A stretch of DNA of 40,067 bases, from the NCBI GenBank assembly GCA_031459535.1, contig JAVKIJ010000020.1, positions 1 through 40,067 on the forward strand. The letters run 5' to 3'. The notes under the pieces are model-generated. The model was not told the origin of the DNA, made no database searches, and saw only the letters and a program-made list of their open reading frames with translations. The position numbers and the translations under genes are program-made. The DNA comes from Candidatus Fervidifonticultor quintus (GTDB lineage Bacteria; Sysuimicrobiota; Sysuimicrobiia; Sysuimicrobiales; Humicultoraceae). Of this stretch, positions 8,632 to 18,041 are shown piece by piece. The stretch's first letter is position 1; every line of letters starts with the position of its first letter.

Positions 8632-10224
8632 ATGTGGCACCCGACAGGTAGCAGAAAATGGTCGTTGGTACTGGCATTGGCGGTTGGTGCGAGTATCCTG
8701 CAACCCACCCCCAGCCTATCGCAGGGGGCTCGACAGATTGTCATCGCACATCCTGGGCCCATCTATACAATGGACGCTCCAGTCACGTGGTTCATCTCGA
8801 CGCATTGGCTGACTATGATGCTTTATGATTGTCTGATCTGGAGAAAGGCAGATCTCAGCGGTTATGTGCCACAGCTTGCGGAACGTTGGGAGAATGTGGC
8901 ACCCGATCGGTGGCGGTTCTTTATCCGTAGAAACGCTACGTTCCACAACGGAGAGGCCATCGATGCCGAAACTATCAAATGGAATATCGATCGAGTGCGA
9001 ACGCGGACAGACTTCCTCGTCCACCCACAGTGGCAATTCGTCAAGGAAGTCCGGATTGTGGATCGCTACACAATCGACGTTGTCACCGATGGCCCAAAAC
9101 CCTACACAGAGTACGACATTAGCTTCAACGGCTGCAATATTCTGCCCCCCAAGTACATTGCCCAAGTGGGCGAAAAGGAGTTTGCTCGAAAGCCCGTCGG
9201 ATCGGGCCCGTTCAAACTCGTCGAGTTCAAAGAAGGCGAACGCTACATATTCGAGGCTTGGGACGGATACTGGGGTGGCCGACCACAGGTCGACCGAGTA
9301 ATCTACCAAGTCATCCCCGACCAGTCCACGCAGGTGGCGGCCCTGATAGCGGGCCAAGTTGACATCATCCCGAACGTTCCAATAACCGATCGAAATCGCG
9401 TGAGCCAAACGAGGGGACTGAAAATTGTCGAGGGCCCCTCAGGATTCCACCACAACCTGCTCGCGCGAGCTCGCGTGGACTTTGGCGAGATGAGCAAGGC
9501 TTACCCCGGCTACAAGCCGGCTACGCTTGACAAGCGAATCCGTCAGGCCATTTTCCATGCGCTCGATCGGAACCTCCTGGCGAAGATCCAGGGAGCCGCG
9601 TTCCCGAGTCTGGTAAGGGTCAACTGCAAGTTCCCAGAAGTGCCCCAAAAGTATTGTGGGCCCAAGGCAGCCTCGGAGGTCTTCAACCCTGATAAGGCCA
9701 AGCGATTGATTCAGCAGGCCGGATATGATCCTGCAGCTGGCAGGAAACCTCTCGTCTATTTCGACGCGCCGGCTTTCCAACTGGGGAACGAAAAGGAAGT
9801 CGCAGAAGCCATTAAGGTTATGCTGGAGGCTGTTGGTTTCGACGTCCGCCTCAATGTGCTAGAACTTTCAGCCTTTACGGAGCAAATCACCCGGAAAGGA
9901 ACTAACCGCGACTTGGTTCTGCAACCTCTCGGAGGAAGCCCGTCTCTCGTGCCCCTGTTCTACCGATGTGAGTGGCCTAAAGAAAAGAGCACCTATTATG
10001 TCTGCGACCGCAACTGGCAAAAATATGGAGATGCCATTACGCGTGAGATGGATCCCAGGAAGCGCCTTGAGTATTGGCAGCGATGGTGGGAGTTCTTTGT
10101 CGATCACGCGAGCACGATTTCTCTATACGAGGTTCAGCGCCTCTATGGGATGAGTGCTAGAGTTGATTGGAGACCACGCGCAGACGGGTGGATCACGCCT
10201 CGCGACGCCAGGGTGCGCCCGTAG
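8632..10224 (+). CDS. ABC transporter substrate-binding protein, family 5 (Dpp/Opp type)
   Basis: Signal peptide, PQLAERWE, TFHNGE and PVGSGPFKL motifs; followed by two permeases. Confidence 0.92.
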   Translation: MWHPTGSRKWSLVLALAVGASILQPTPSLSQGARQIVIAHPGPIYTMDAPVTWFISTHWLTMMLYDCLIWRKADLSGYVPQLAERWENVAPDRWRFFIRRNATFHNGEAIDAETIKWNIDRVRTRTDFLVHPQWQFVKEVRIVDRYTIDVVTDGPKPYTEYDISFNGCNILPPKYIAQVGEKEFARKPVGSGPFKLVEFKEGERYIFEAWDGYWGGRPQVDRVIYQVIPDQSTQVAALIAGQVDIIPNVPITDRNRVSQTRGLKIVEGPSGFHHNLLARARVDFGEMSKAYPGYKPATLDKRIRQAIFHALDRNLLAKIQGAAFPSLVRVNCKFPEVPQKYCGPKAASEVFNPDKAKRLIQQAGYDPAAGRKPLVYFDAPAFQLGNEKEVAEAIKVMLEAVGFDVRLNVLELSAFTEQITRKGTNRDLVLQPLGGSPSLVPLFYRCEWPKEKSTYYVCDRNWQKYGDAITREMDPRKRLEYWQRWWEFFVDHASTISLYEVQRLYGMSARVDWRPRADGWITPRDARVRP

Positions 10225-10267
10225 CCAGGACAGTCTGCCAGGGCGGAGAGGATCGCTGGTAGGATCC

Positions 10268-11185
10268 ATGTCTAGGTACATCGCCGCTCGCCTAGTCCAA
10301 ACAGCGCTAGCAATTCTACTGGTCTCGGTGGCGGTTTTCGTATTAGTGCGACTCCGGGGCGACCCGGCCGCGCTTATGGCTCCTCCCTGGTGGACTGCTG
10401 AGCAGGTCGATGAGCTGCGGCGCGCCTGGGGCTTTGATCGCCCTATACACATGCAATACATCGATTTTCTCAGTAAGGCTGTACGCGGAGACTTCGGGGA
10501 GTCGTTTCGATTCAGACGGCCCACAATGGATATGGTTCTAGAGAAGTTACCTTGGACCTATCTCCTAGCAGGCACCTCGGCTCTGCTGGCCCTGCTAATC
10601 GCAGTGCCGCTTGGGACCCTTTCGGCCGTACATCGGAATAGCATCATCGACCTTCTGAGCACAGCCTTGGCGACCGTAGGAGCAGCCATGCCGAACTTCT
10701 GGATAGGTTTAATGCTAATTCTCTTTTTTGCCGTGTCGTTGAGGGTTCTGCCTGCCTTTGGCGCTGAGAGTTGGCATGGCTTGCTCTTACCTTCTATCAC
10801 GCTAGGGACCGGCATTGCCGCACGCCTAGCTCGCTTGACACGATCGGCCATGCTTGAAGTGCTGGGTCAGGATTTCGTCAGAACCGCAAGGGCTAAAGGG
10901 TTGGCGGAGCGTGTGGTTATCTACCGGCACGCACTTCGGAATGCGCTCATACCCGTGGTCACGGCCTTTGGGCTGCAGCTTGGATGGCTGCTCGGCGGTG
11001 CCGTCGTCGTAGAGCAAGTATTTGCATGGCCGGGCCTTGGACGGCTGATGATTGAAGCGATCGGCGTGCGGGATGTCCTCTTGATTCAGGCCGGCGTATT
11101 CTGGTTCGCGCTTTCATTCTTACTAATTAACTTGGGGATTGACCTATTGTATACGTTTCTGGATCCACGTATCCGATATGGTTAA
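10268..11185 (+). CDS. Dpp/Opp ABC transporter permease (DppB-like)
   Basis: GDFGES, MPNFW, DFVRTARAKGL, HALRNAL, VFAWPGLG and LDPRIR motifs. Confidence 0.93.
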   Translation: MSRYIAARLVQTALAILLVSVAVFVLVRLRGDPAALMAPPWWTAEQVDELRRAWGFDRPIHMQYIDFLSKAVRGDFGESFRFRRPTMDMVLEKLPWTYLLAGTSALLALLIAVPLGTLSAVHRNSIIDLLSTALATVGAAMPNFWIGLMLILFFAVSLRVLPAFGAESWHGLLLPSITLGTGIAARLARLTRSAMLEVLGQDFVRTARAKGLAERVVIYRHALRNALIPVVTAFGLQLGWLLGGAVVVEQVFAWPGLGRLMIEAIGVRDVLLIQAGVFWFALSFLLINLGIDLLYTFLDPRIRYG

Positions 11186-11207
11186 GTTCAGGGCATGATA
11201 GTCGCAG

Positions 11208-12143
11208 ATGATTAATCGGACCGCTAAGGCGGAGCTAGCTCTAGATAGAGGCAAGGACGTGGCGGTAGTCCGATGGAGCGCCGCAAACAGATGGCGTGGC
11301 TTAGGCAAGTCTATTCGTCGAAGTCCTGCAGCAGTTGTCGGGCTTGCGATCGTGCTCACAGTGGTGGTAGCAGCTATCTTAGGACCAGCCATGGCTCCGC
11401 ATGACCCGCTCAAGGCGGATTTGCTGGCGCGCCTCGAGCCTCCCGGGCTATTCGGAGGAGGGAGGCCTACGCATCTGCTCGGAACAGATCAACTCGGGCG
11501 GGACATCCTCAGCCGACTCATCGCTGGAGCACGCGTCTCGGTAGTCGTGGGAATCTCCTCCGTACTAATCTCGGCAAACATCGGGGTCTTTATCGGACTA
11601 GTTGCCGGCTTCTATGGCGGATGGTGGGATATCCTGCTCATGCGTGCCACCGATGCTTTCCTAGCTATCCCTTTTCTTGTGTTGGTTGTGGCAGTTGCTG
11701 GAGTCATCGGACCAGGGTTAGTGACCATAATCCTTATTCTCGGATTTACTGGTTGGGTGACTTACAGTCGAGTCGTGCGAGGCGAGGTTCTAGCCACTCG
11801 CGAGCGTGAGTATGTCATGGCGGCTCGCGCGATCGGCCAGCAAGACGCTATCATACTCTTCAAGCATGTCTTCCCGAACGTAACTTCATCTGTGATCGTT
11901 TTGGCAACGCTGCAAGTTGCGACGAGCATCCTGGCCGAGTCGTCGCTCAGCTTCCTGGGCTTGGGCGTCCAGCCTCCGACCGTGACGTGGGGCGGGATGC
12001 TCGCCGACGGTCGCCAGCACATCGGTGGGGCTTGGTGGCTCGCAACCTTCCCGGGACTGGCAATCACAATCACCGTCCTGGGAATTGTGTTCCTGGGAGA
12101 CTGGTTGCGCGACGTCCTCGACCCGAGGTTGGGAGAGACGTGA
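11208..12143 (+). CDS. Dpp/Opp ABC transporter permease (DppC-like)
   Basis: HLLGTDQLGRD, EYVMAARAIG, ESSLSFLGLG and GDWLRDVLDP motifs; start uncertain. Confidence 0.92.
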   Translation: MINRTAKAELALDRGKDVAVVRWSAANRWRGLGKSIRRSPAAVVGLAIVLTVVVAAILGPAMAPHDPLKADLLARLEPPGLFGGGRPTHLLGTDQLGRDILSRLIAGARVSVVVGISSVLISANIGVFIGLVAGFYGGWWDILLMRATDAFLAIPFLVLVVAVAGVIGPGLVTIILILGFTGWVTYSRVVRGEVLATREREYVMAARAIGQQDAIILFKHVFPNVTSSVIVLATLQVATSILAESSLSFLGLGVQPPTVTWGGMLADGRQHIGGAWWLATFPGLAITITVLGIVFLGDWLRDVLDPRLGET

Positions 12144-13330
12144 CTCTCCCCGCCTCCGCCCCGCCCATCCGCGTTCCTCGCTCCCGTGTCGAGGAGACGC
12201 ATCGCCGGCTGGCTGTCCCCATCCGGGAGGCGCTGGATCGCGTGCTCTTCGGCGGCCCGCGGGCGGCGACCGAGACCGTGGAGGCGTTCGAGACGGCGTT
12301 CGCCGCGGCGACGGGGCGCCGGTTTGCCGTTGGCGTCCAGTCCGGCACGGCGGGGCTCTTCCTGGCGCTGCGCGCAGCCGGCGTCGGCCCGGGGGACGAA
12401 GTCATCACCGTCGCCAACACCGATATCTCCACCCTCTCCGCTGTCACGCACTGCGGGGCGACGCCGGTCCTCTGCGACATCCTCCTCGACGACTACACCA
12501 TGGACGTGGACAGGGCCACGCGGCTGATCACGCCCCGCACGCGCGCGCTCCTCCCCGTGGACCTCTACGGGCACCCCGCGGACGCTCGGGCGCTCCGCAC
12601 CCTGGCCGAGGCACACGGCCTCCGGCTGATCGAGGACGCCTGCCTGGCCGCGGGCGCGCGCGACCACGGGCGCCCGGTGGGGGAATGGGCGCACCTGACG
12701 GTCTTCAGCTTCAATGGATCAAAGCCGCTCGGGGGCATCGGGAACGGCGGAGCGGTGGTCACAGACGATCCCCAGCTCGCCGGCCGGGTGCGCCACCTGC
12801 GTGGGTACGGGGCAGACCTCTTGCGCGGCACCGAGCCGGGTGGAGCAGATGCAGCGGGCAAGTACGCCTTCACGACTGAGGGCTACAACCTCCCGCTCGA
12901 GGGCCCCCACGCCGCGGTGCTGGGCGTGAAGCTCCCCTATCTGGAGGAGTGGACGAGTCGCCGTAGGGCGATCGCGGCATCGTACGCCGCACGCCTGGCG
13001 GGCGAGCCGGTCGGTCTCCCGACCTTCCGGGCCGAGGCGGAGCCCACCTTCCGGCAATACACGGTGCGGGTCGCCCGGCGAGACGCGGTCTTCGCCCGCA
13101 TGCGCCATGGCGGCGTGGACGTCGTCCTGCACTACGTCCCGCCCATGCACCAACAGCCTGTCTATCGCGACCGGCGCTTTCCGGGGAGCGACGACCTGCC
13201 GGTCACCGAACGCGCGGCGGAGGAACTGCTCTGCCTGCCCGTCTCCCCCGAACTGACCGAGGAGGACGTGGAGGTGGTAGTGGAGACGCTGCGGCATGCG
13301 GTGGACCCGGCGTCGTCCGGCGGCATGTAG
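12140..13330 (+). CDS. DegT/DnrJ/EryC1/StrS family PLP-dependent aminotransferase
   Basis: SGTAGL, GPGDEVIT, PVDLYG, IEDAC, FSFNGSKPLGGIGNGG (Lys retained) and LCLP motifs; GTGA overlap with the permease stop. Confidence 0.9.
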   Translation: MTLPASAPPIRVPRSRVEETHRRLAVPIREALDRVLFGGPRAATETVEAFETAFAAATGRRFAVGVQSGTAGLFLALRAAGVGPGDEVITVANTDISTLSAVTHCGATPVLCDILLDDYTMDVDRATRLITPRTRALLPVDLYGHPADARALRTLAEAHGLRLIEDACLAAGARDHGRPVGEWAHLTVFSFNGSKPLGGIGNGGAVVTDDPQLAGRVRHLRGYGADLLRGTEPGGADAAGKYAFTTEGYNLPLEGPHAAVLGVKLPYLEEWTSRRRAIAASYAARLAGEPVGLPTFRAEAEPTFRQYTVRVARRDAVFARMRHGGVDVVLHYVPPMHQQPVYRDRRFPGSDDLPVTERAAEELLCLPVSPELTEEDVEVVVETLRHAVDPASSGGM

Positions 13331-13376
13331 GAGCGAGGGCCCGGGTCGCCAAGGCTGGAAGGAGGGAAGCGCGATT

Positions 13377-14522
13377 ATGCTGTCGTTCGCACGACTGCAG
13401 CAGGAGACAGCGAGACGGGTCGACCGCCTCCAGCGGCTGATGGCCGAGAAGGACCTCGGGGCGGTGGTCGTCGTGGGGGGCGGTGCGCCCGGCCAGCTGG
13501 GGGCGGCCCGCTATTTCACGAATGTGGACCTCTGGAGCGGCCGGGAGTTCGTGGTGATCGGCCCGGAGGATCCCGAGCCGTTCGTCTATATCTGGTCCTC
13601 CTACCAGGCTGAGTGGGCCAAGACGATGGCCACCACTCGGCGCATCGAAAGCCCGGAAGACCCGATGACGAGTGCCGTGGAGACCGCTAGGGCCCTCGCG
13701 GGCCCGCGGCGGCGCATCGGCGTCGTGAACATGCTGAGGGTGCTCTCGGCGGGAGAGTACCAGGCCTTCCGGCAAGCGCTCGCCGGCTACGACCTCGTGG
13801 AAATCACGGCCGACGTGAATGCCATGCGCATGATCAAGAGCCCCTTCGAGATGGAAGCGCTGGTAGAGACCGGCCGGATCCTCCATGACGGCATGGCCGC
13901 CTTCGCTGCCGCCGCCAGGGTCGGGAGGCGCGTCTGGGACGCCTGCGCTGAAGCCGAGCGGGCGGTCAAGGCCCAGGGCTGCTTTTGGGGACGGTCCAAG
14001 CTCTCGCTGGACGGTCGCCCATATACTGTCCCCGCCGTCGTGGACCGGCGTTTCAGGGCGGACGACGTGATCTGCTTCGAGCTGGTCTACGCCGGCCCCC
14101 TGGGCTACTGGTGCGAGATGACCACGGTCTACTCTTTCGGGGAACTCCCCGAGGCGTCGGCGCGTCTCCTCGAGGCGACCTTGCGGGCGGTGGATGCTGC
14201 GGTGGAAGCGGCCGTGCCTGGGACACCCATCGGCCGCATCGCCGAGGTGACAGACGAGACCTTCCGCGCCCTGGGCTTCCCCGTGGCCGGGAAGCACACC
14301 CCCGACTGCCACAGCATCGGCCTGGACGGCAGCGACGGGCCAAATTCGGAGCGTACGCCGCTGGAACCGTTGCAGGCGAACATGGTGCTCTCCCTCCACC
14401 CCGGCACGGTCATGGAAGGCGACCGCGCCTTCCTCATCTCCGACAACTTCCTGGTCACCCCGCAAGGCGGGGTCCGGTTGTCTCCCCACGTCCAGTACTG
14501 GTACCCGCTTCCGACGTCATGA
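13377..14522 (+). CDS. M24 (creatinase/prolidase-fold) family hydrolase with atypical metal site
   Basis: Creatinase-like N-domain, MRMIKSPFE linker, FELVY..GYWCEMT, CHSIG, LSLHPG and LISDNFLV motifs; RBS GGAGG. Confidence 0.85.
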   Translation: MLSFARLQQETARRVDRLQRLMAEKDLGAVVVVGGGAPGQLGAARYFTNVDLWSGREFVVIGPEDPEPFVYIWSSYQAEWAKTMATTRRIESPEDPMTSAVETARALAGPRRRIGVVNMLRVLSAGEYQAFRQALAGYDLVEITADVNAMRMIKSPFEMEALVETGRILHDGMAAFAAAARVGRRVWDACAEAERAVKAQGCFWGRSKLSLDGRPYTVPAVVDRRFRADDVICFELVYAGPLGYWCEMTTVYSFGELPEASARLLEATLRAVDAAVEAAVPGTPIGRIAEVTDETFRALGFPVAGKHTPDCHSIGLDGSDGPNSERTPLEPLQANMVLSLHPGTVMEGDRAFLISDNFLVTPQGGVRLSPHVQYWYPLPTS

Positions 14523-14568
14523 GACGCCGGCTGCGGTTGAGGCGCACCACGACAGAGGGAGGCGACGC

Positions 14569-15978
14569 ATGGCTCACACCCGCACGCAGGTCGTAACCTC
14601 GCAGGCGGACGTGGCCGCCGCGCTGGGGGCGTTCGCGGCCCGGCTCCGCTTCGCCCAGATCCCGCCGGAGGCCGTGCACCGTGCCAAGCAGATCGTGCTC
14701 GACACGGTCGGGACGGCCCTGGGAGGGTACCGCGCCGGCTTTGGGCCTCAGGTGGTGGCCTTCACCCGTCGAACGGCTCCCGGAGACGCCGCCACGATCC
14801 TGGGCGACGGCACCCGGGTTTCCGTGGAGGGGGCGGCGTTCGCCAACGCCACCATGGCGAAGATGCTCGGCATGGACGACTCGCACCGCGCCTACGGGCA
14901 CGTGGCGGCGGAGGTCCTGCCGGCGGCACTGGCCGCCACGGAGAGCCGCGGGGGCAGCGGACGCGAGCTTATCACAGCCCTCGTCGCCGCTTACGAGGTC
15001 TTCGGACGTGTGGGCCGACAAGTGCGGCGCACGCAGATTGCCCGCGGGTTCGACATCAAGGGGACCGTCGGTGCGCTGGGTAGCGCCGTTGCCGCCGCGG
15101 TGGGGTTGGGTCTGGAGCCCGAGCAGGTGGCCCATGCGCTGGCGCTGGCAACGGCGCTCGGCTCCGGTCTGGAGACCTATGTCCACGACCCAGCGCGTAC
15201 CCACACGAAGGACCTCATCTCCGGGTTCGCCGCCCGCAATGGCGTCTTCGCCGCCCTGCTGGCCCAGGACGGGTTCCGAGGTCCGCACGCCGCCCTGGAA
15301 GGGGATGCCGGCTTCGGCCAGGCGTTCGGGGACGGCTTCGACGCTGAACGGGCCCTGGAGGGGCTCGGGGATCGCTTCGAGATTACCACGACAGGCTTTA
15401 AGCCTCATGCGGGATGCCGCCACGTCCACCAGGGAGTGGACGCCGCTCTGGAGGCCCGCAGTCAGGGGCCGCTCGACCTCGATGAGATCGTGGAGGTGGA
15501 GGTGGCCACGTACCGGCACGCCGTCGACGCACCCTTCCGCACAACACCCCGTCCCGAATCTGCATCCGCGGCGGGCTACAGTCTGCCCGTCGCCACGGCC
15601 ATCGGGCTGGTCTTGGGAAGCTTCTACCCCGAGGACATTGCCCGCTTCCAGGACCCCCGCATCGAGGCCCTGGCGGCGAAGGTGCGCCTGCGGGTAGACC
15701 CCGCCATCGAGGCGCTCTACCCTGAGCGCAACGGCTCCGCCGTCCGCGTGCGTCTGCGCGACGGGCGCGTGGTCGAGGGGGCGGTCACGCACGCCCGCGG
15801 CGAGCCGGAGAACATGTTGACGGACGAGGAGTTCGAGGAGAAGTTCCGGCGGGTCAGCGGAGACGTCCTACCCGCTGACCAGCGTGAGCTGCTGATTCAG
15901 CGGATCTGGACCCTGGAGGAGATCGAGGACGTGCGGGAACTCACGCGGCTGGCTTCCACCGGCTCCCTCCGGGTATGA
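14569..15978 (+). CDS. MmgE/PrpD family protein
   Basis: LDTVG, AAFANA, MDDSH, AAYEV, FKPHAGCRHVH, YSLP and RGEPEN motifs. Confidence 0.9.
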   Translation: MAHTRTQVVTSQADVAAALGAFAARLRFAQIPPEAVHRAKQIVLDTVGTALGGYRAGFGPQVVAFTRRTAPGDAATILGDGTRVSVEGAAFANATMAKMLGMDDSHRAYGHVAAEVLPAALAATESRGGSGRELITALVAAYEVFGRVGRQVRRTQIARGFDIKGTVGALGSAVAAAVGLGLEPEQVAHALALATALGSGLETYVHDPARTHTKDLISGFAARNGVFAALLAQDGFRGPHAALEGDAGFGQAFGDGFDAERALEGLGDRFEITTTGFKPHAGCRHVHQGVDAALEARSQGPLDLDEIVEVEVATYRHAVDAPFRTTPRPESASAAGYSLPVATAIGLVLGSFYPEDIARFQDPRIEALAAKVRLRVDPAIEALYPERNGSAVRVRLRDGRVVEGAVTHARGEPENMLTDEEFEEKFRRVSGDVLPADQRELLIQRIWTLEEIEDVRELTRLASTGSLRV

Positions 15979-16013
15979 AGGGGCGTCCTTCGCAGCTCCC
16001 CTCTGGTTGACCG

Positions 16014-18041
16014 ATGGCGCACGGAGATCTCGCGGTGCACCGAAGCCGGGGCTTGATCCCGGAGGACTTGATGCACTTCCGCTGGGTCCAAGAAATTGCC
16101 CTGGCGCCCGCTGGCGATTGTGTCGCCTACACAATCAAACGAGCTGACGCCCACCGGAACGGCTACGTGACCGACGTCTGGGTGCACGATGTCGCCACCG
16201 GCGTGGTTCAGGTCATCACGCCTCTCCAGCAGGGGCGAGCATCTTCGCTGGCGTGGAGTCGCGACGGTCGCTTCCTCGCCTACGCCTGGCAGGACGATGA
16301 GCACGCTGCGGTTCACCTCTGGTCGGCACAGAGCGAGGACACGGTAATTCACCGGTTGACGGGTCCAGCCATGACCGCGTTGGACTGGTCTCCTGACGGC
16401 ACGCGCCTGGTGGGGGTTCGCTGGACCCCCATCCAGTCTGATGGCGAGGCCGCGCCGGGCACAGGAATCCCTCAGCCCACCGTACGGGTGATTCGCCGCC
16501 TGCGCTACAAGCTGGAAGGGATCGGGTTCGTCCACGATCGCTTCGCCCAGCTGTGGCTCCTGGAGGCATCGACCGGCGCGCTGACGCAGCTGACCGATGC
16601 CGAGCGGGATTGTTCGGAACCTCGCTTCAGCCACTCAGGTCGGCAGATCGCCTACATCGTCACTGCCCGGGAGCAGAACGAGCCATTGGGCCAGGGCCAC
16701 ATCTTCATCTACGACCTGCCCCATCGCTCCGCTCGACCGCTGGTGCCCGACCGGGTGGGTGCCTGCCGGAGCCCGGTGTGGAGTCCCGACGATCGCCACA
16801 TCGCCTTCGCCGGACACACCGAGCCGCCGCCCACCAGCCACCGCGTCTTCCTGCAAGCGGCGATTGCCGACGTCGCGGCTGGCCAGGCGCGCCTCCTGGC
16901 TCCCCAGCTCGACCAAGCGGTCGGCAACTACGCGGTGTCCGACCAGCGGCAGCCGCTCTCCAACGTCACGGTCAAGTGGCCGGCCCGGAGCTCCTGGATC
17001 TACTTTCTGCTGACGGAGCAGGGGGCGACGCACCTGTACCGCATCGACGCCGACGGGCGCTACCAGCGGCTCGTGGATGGCCCCTGCGTCTGCTTCGAAT
17101 ACAGCCCCTCCGCCGACGGACGGCGCGTCGCGGTCGGCGTAGCCGACCCCCTGAACCCGGGTGACATCTACCTCTGGGAGGAGCCCGGCGGCGCGCTGTG
17201 GCGCCTGACGACGCTCAACCCCTGGTTGCGCGACCGCCGGCTGGTCACCCCGGAGGAGTACTGGTTCGAGGGGTTGGACGTCCATCCCGTCCACGGCTGG
17301 ATTATGAAGCCGCCGACCTTCGACGACAGGCTCGCGTACCCCACAGTGGTCCACGTTCACTGCTCCATGTTCTCGTGGGACTTTTCCCTGGAGTTTCAGT
17401 GTCTGGCCAGCAGCGGCTATGTCCTGGCCTACTTCAACCAGCGGGGCACGACGGCGGGCTATGGACAGGCCTGGACCCGTGCGTCCGAAGGCGACCAGGG
17501 AGGTGCCGAGTACGAGGAAATCATGCTGGGTGTCGACGACCTGGTACGGCGACCGTGGATCGACGCCGACCGTCTGGGCATCACCGGGGGTAGCTGCGGA
17601 GGATTCCTGACCACCTGGATCGTCGGGCACACGAACCGCTTCAAGGCCGCCGTCACCGACCGGTCGATCGCCAACTGGATCAGCTTCGGCGGCACCTCGG
17701 ACTTTGGGCCGGAGAACCTGGTGCGCGAGACGGGCGCCGATCCCTGGTCCGGTCTGCAGGAAGTCTGGCGGCAATCTCCGCTCGCCTATGTCCACCACAT
17801 CACCACGCCCCTGCTGATCCTTCACAGCGATGGCGACCACCGCTGCCCCATTGCCGAAGCTGAGCAGCTGTTTGCGGCGCTGCGCTGGAGGGGTCGCCTC
17901 GTGGAGTTCGTTTGGTTCGAGGGCGAGAACCACGGGCTCTCCCGCGCCGGCCGCCCGGGGAACCGCATCGAGCGGCTGCGGCGCATCCTTGGATGGTTCC
18001 ATCGTCACCTGGGTGGCGATCCCGAGCCGTGGTCAAGTTGA
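16014..18041 (+). CDS. S9 family (acylaminoacyl-peptidase-like) serine peptidase
   Basis: Beta-propeller WSPDG-type repeats; triad motifs GGSCGG, HSDGDHRC and GENHGLSR. Confidence 0.9.
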   Translation: MAHGDLAVHRSRGLIPEDLMHFRWVQEIALAPAGDCVAYTIKRADAHRNGYVTDVWVHDVATGVVQVITPLQQGRASSLAWSRDGRFLAYAWQDDEHAAVHLWSAQSEDTVIHRLTGPAMTALDWSPDGTRLVGVRWTPIQSDGEAAPGTGIPQPTVRVIRRLRYKLEGIGFVHDRFAQLWLLEASTGALTQLTDAERDCSEPRFSHSGRQIAYIVTAREQNEPLGQGHIFIYDLPHRSARPLVPDRVGACRSPVWSPDDRHIAFAGHTEPPPTSHRVFLQAAIADVAAGQARLLAPQLDQAVGNYAVSDQRQPLSNVTVKWPARSSWIYFLLTEQGATHLYRIDADGRYQRLVDGPCVCFEYSPSADGRRVAVGVADPLNPGDIYLWEEPGGALWRLTTLNPWLRDRRLVTPEEYWFEGLDVHPVHGWIMKPPTFDDRLAYPTVVHVHCSMFSWDFSLEFQCLASSGYVLAYFNQRGTTAGYGQAWTRASEGDQGGAEYEEIMLGVDDLVRRPWIDADRLGITGGSCGGFLTTWIVGHTNRFKAAVTDRSIANWISFGGTSDFGPENLVRETGADPWSGLQEVWRQSPLAYVHHITTPLLILHSDGDHRCPIAEAEQLFAALRWRGRLVEFVWFEGENHGLSRAGRPGNRIERLRRILGWFHRHLGGDPEPWSS

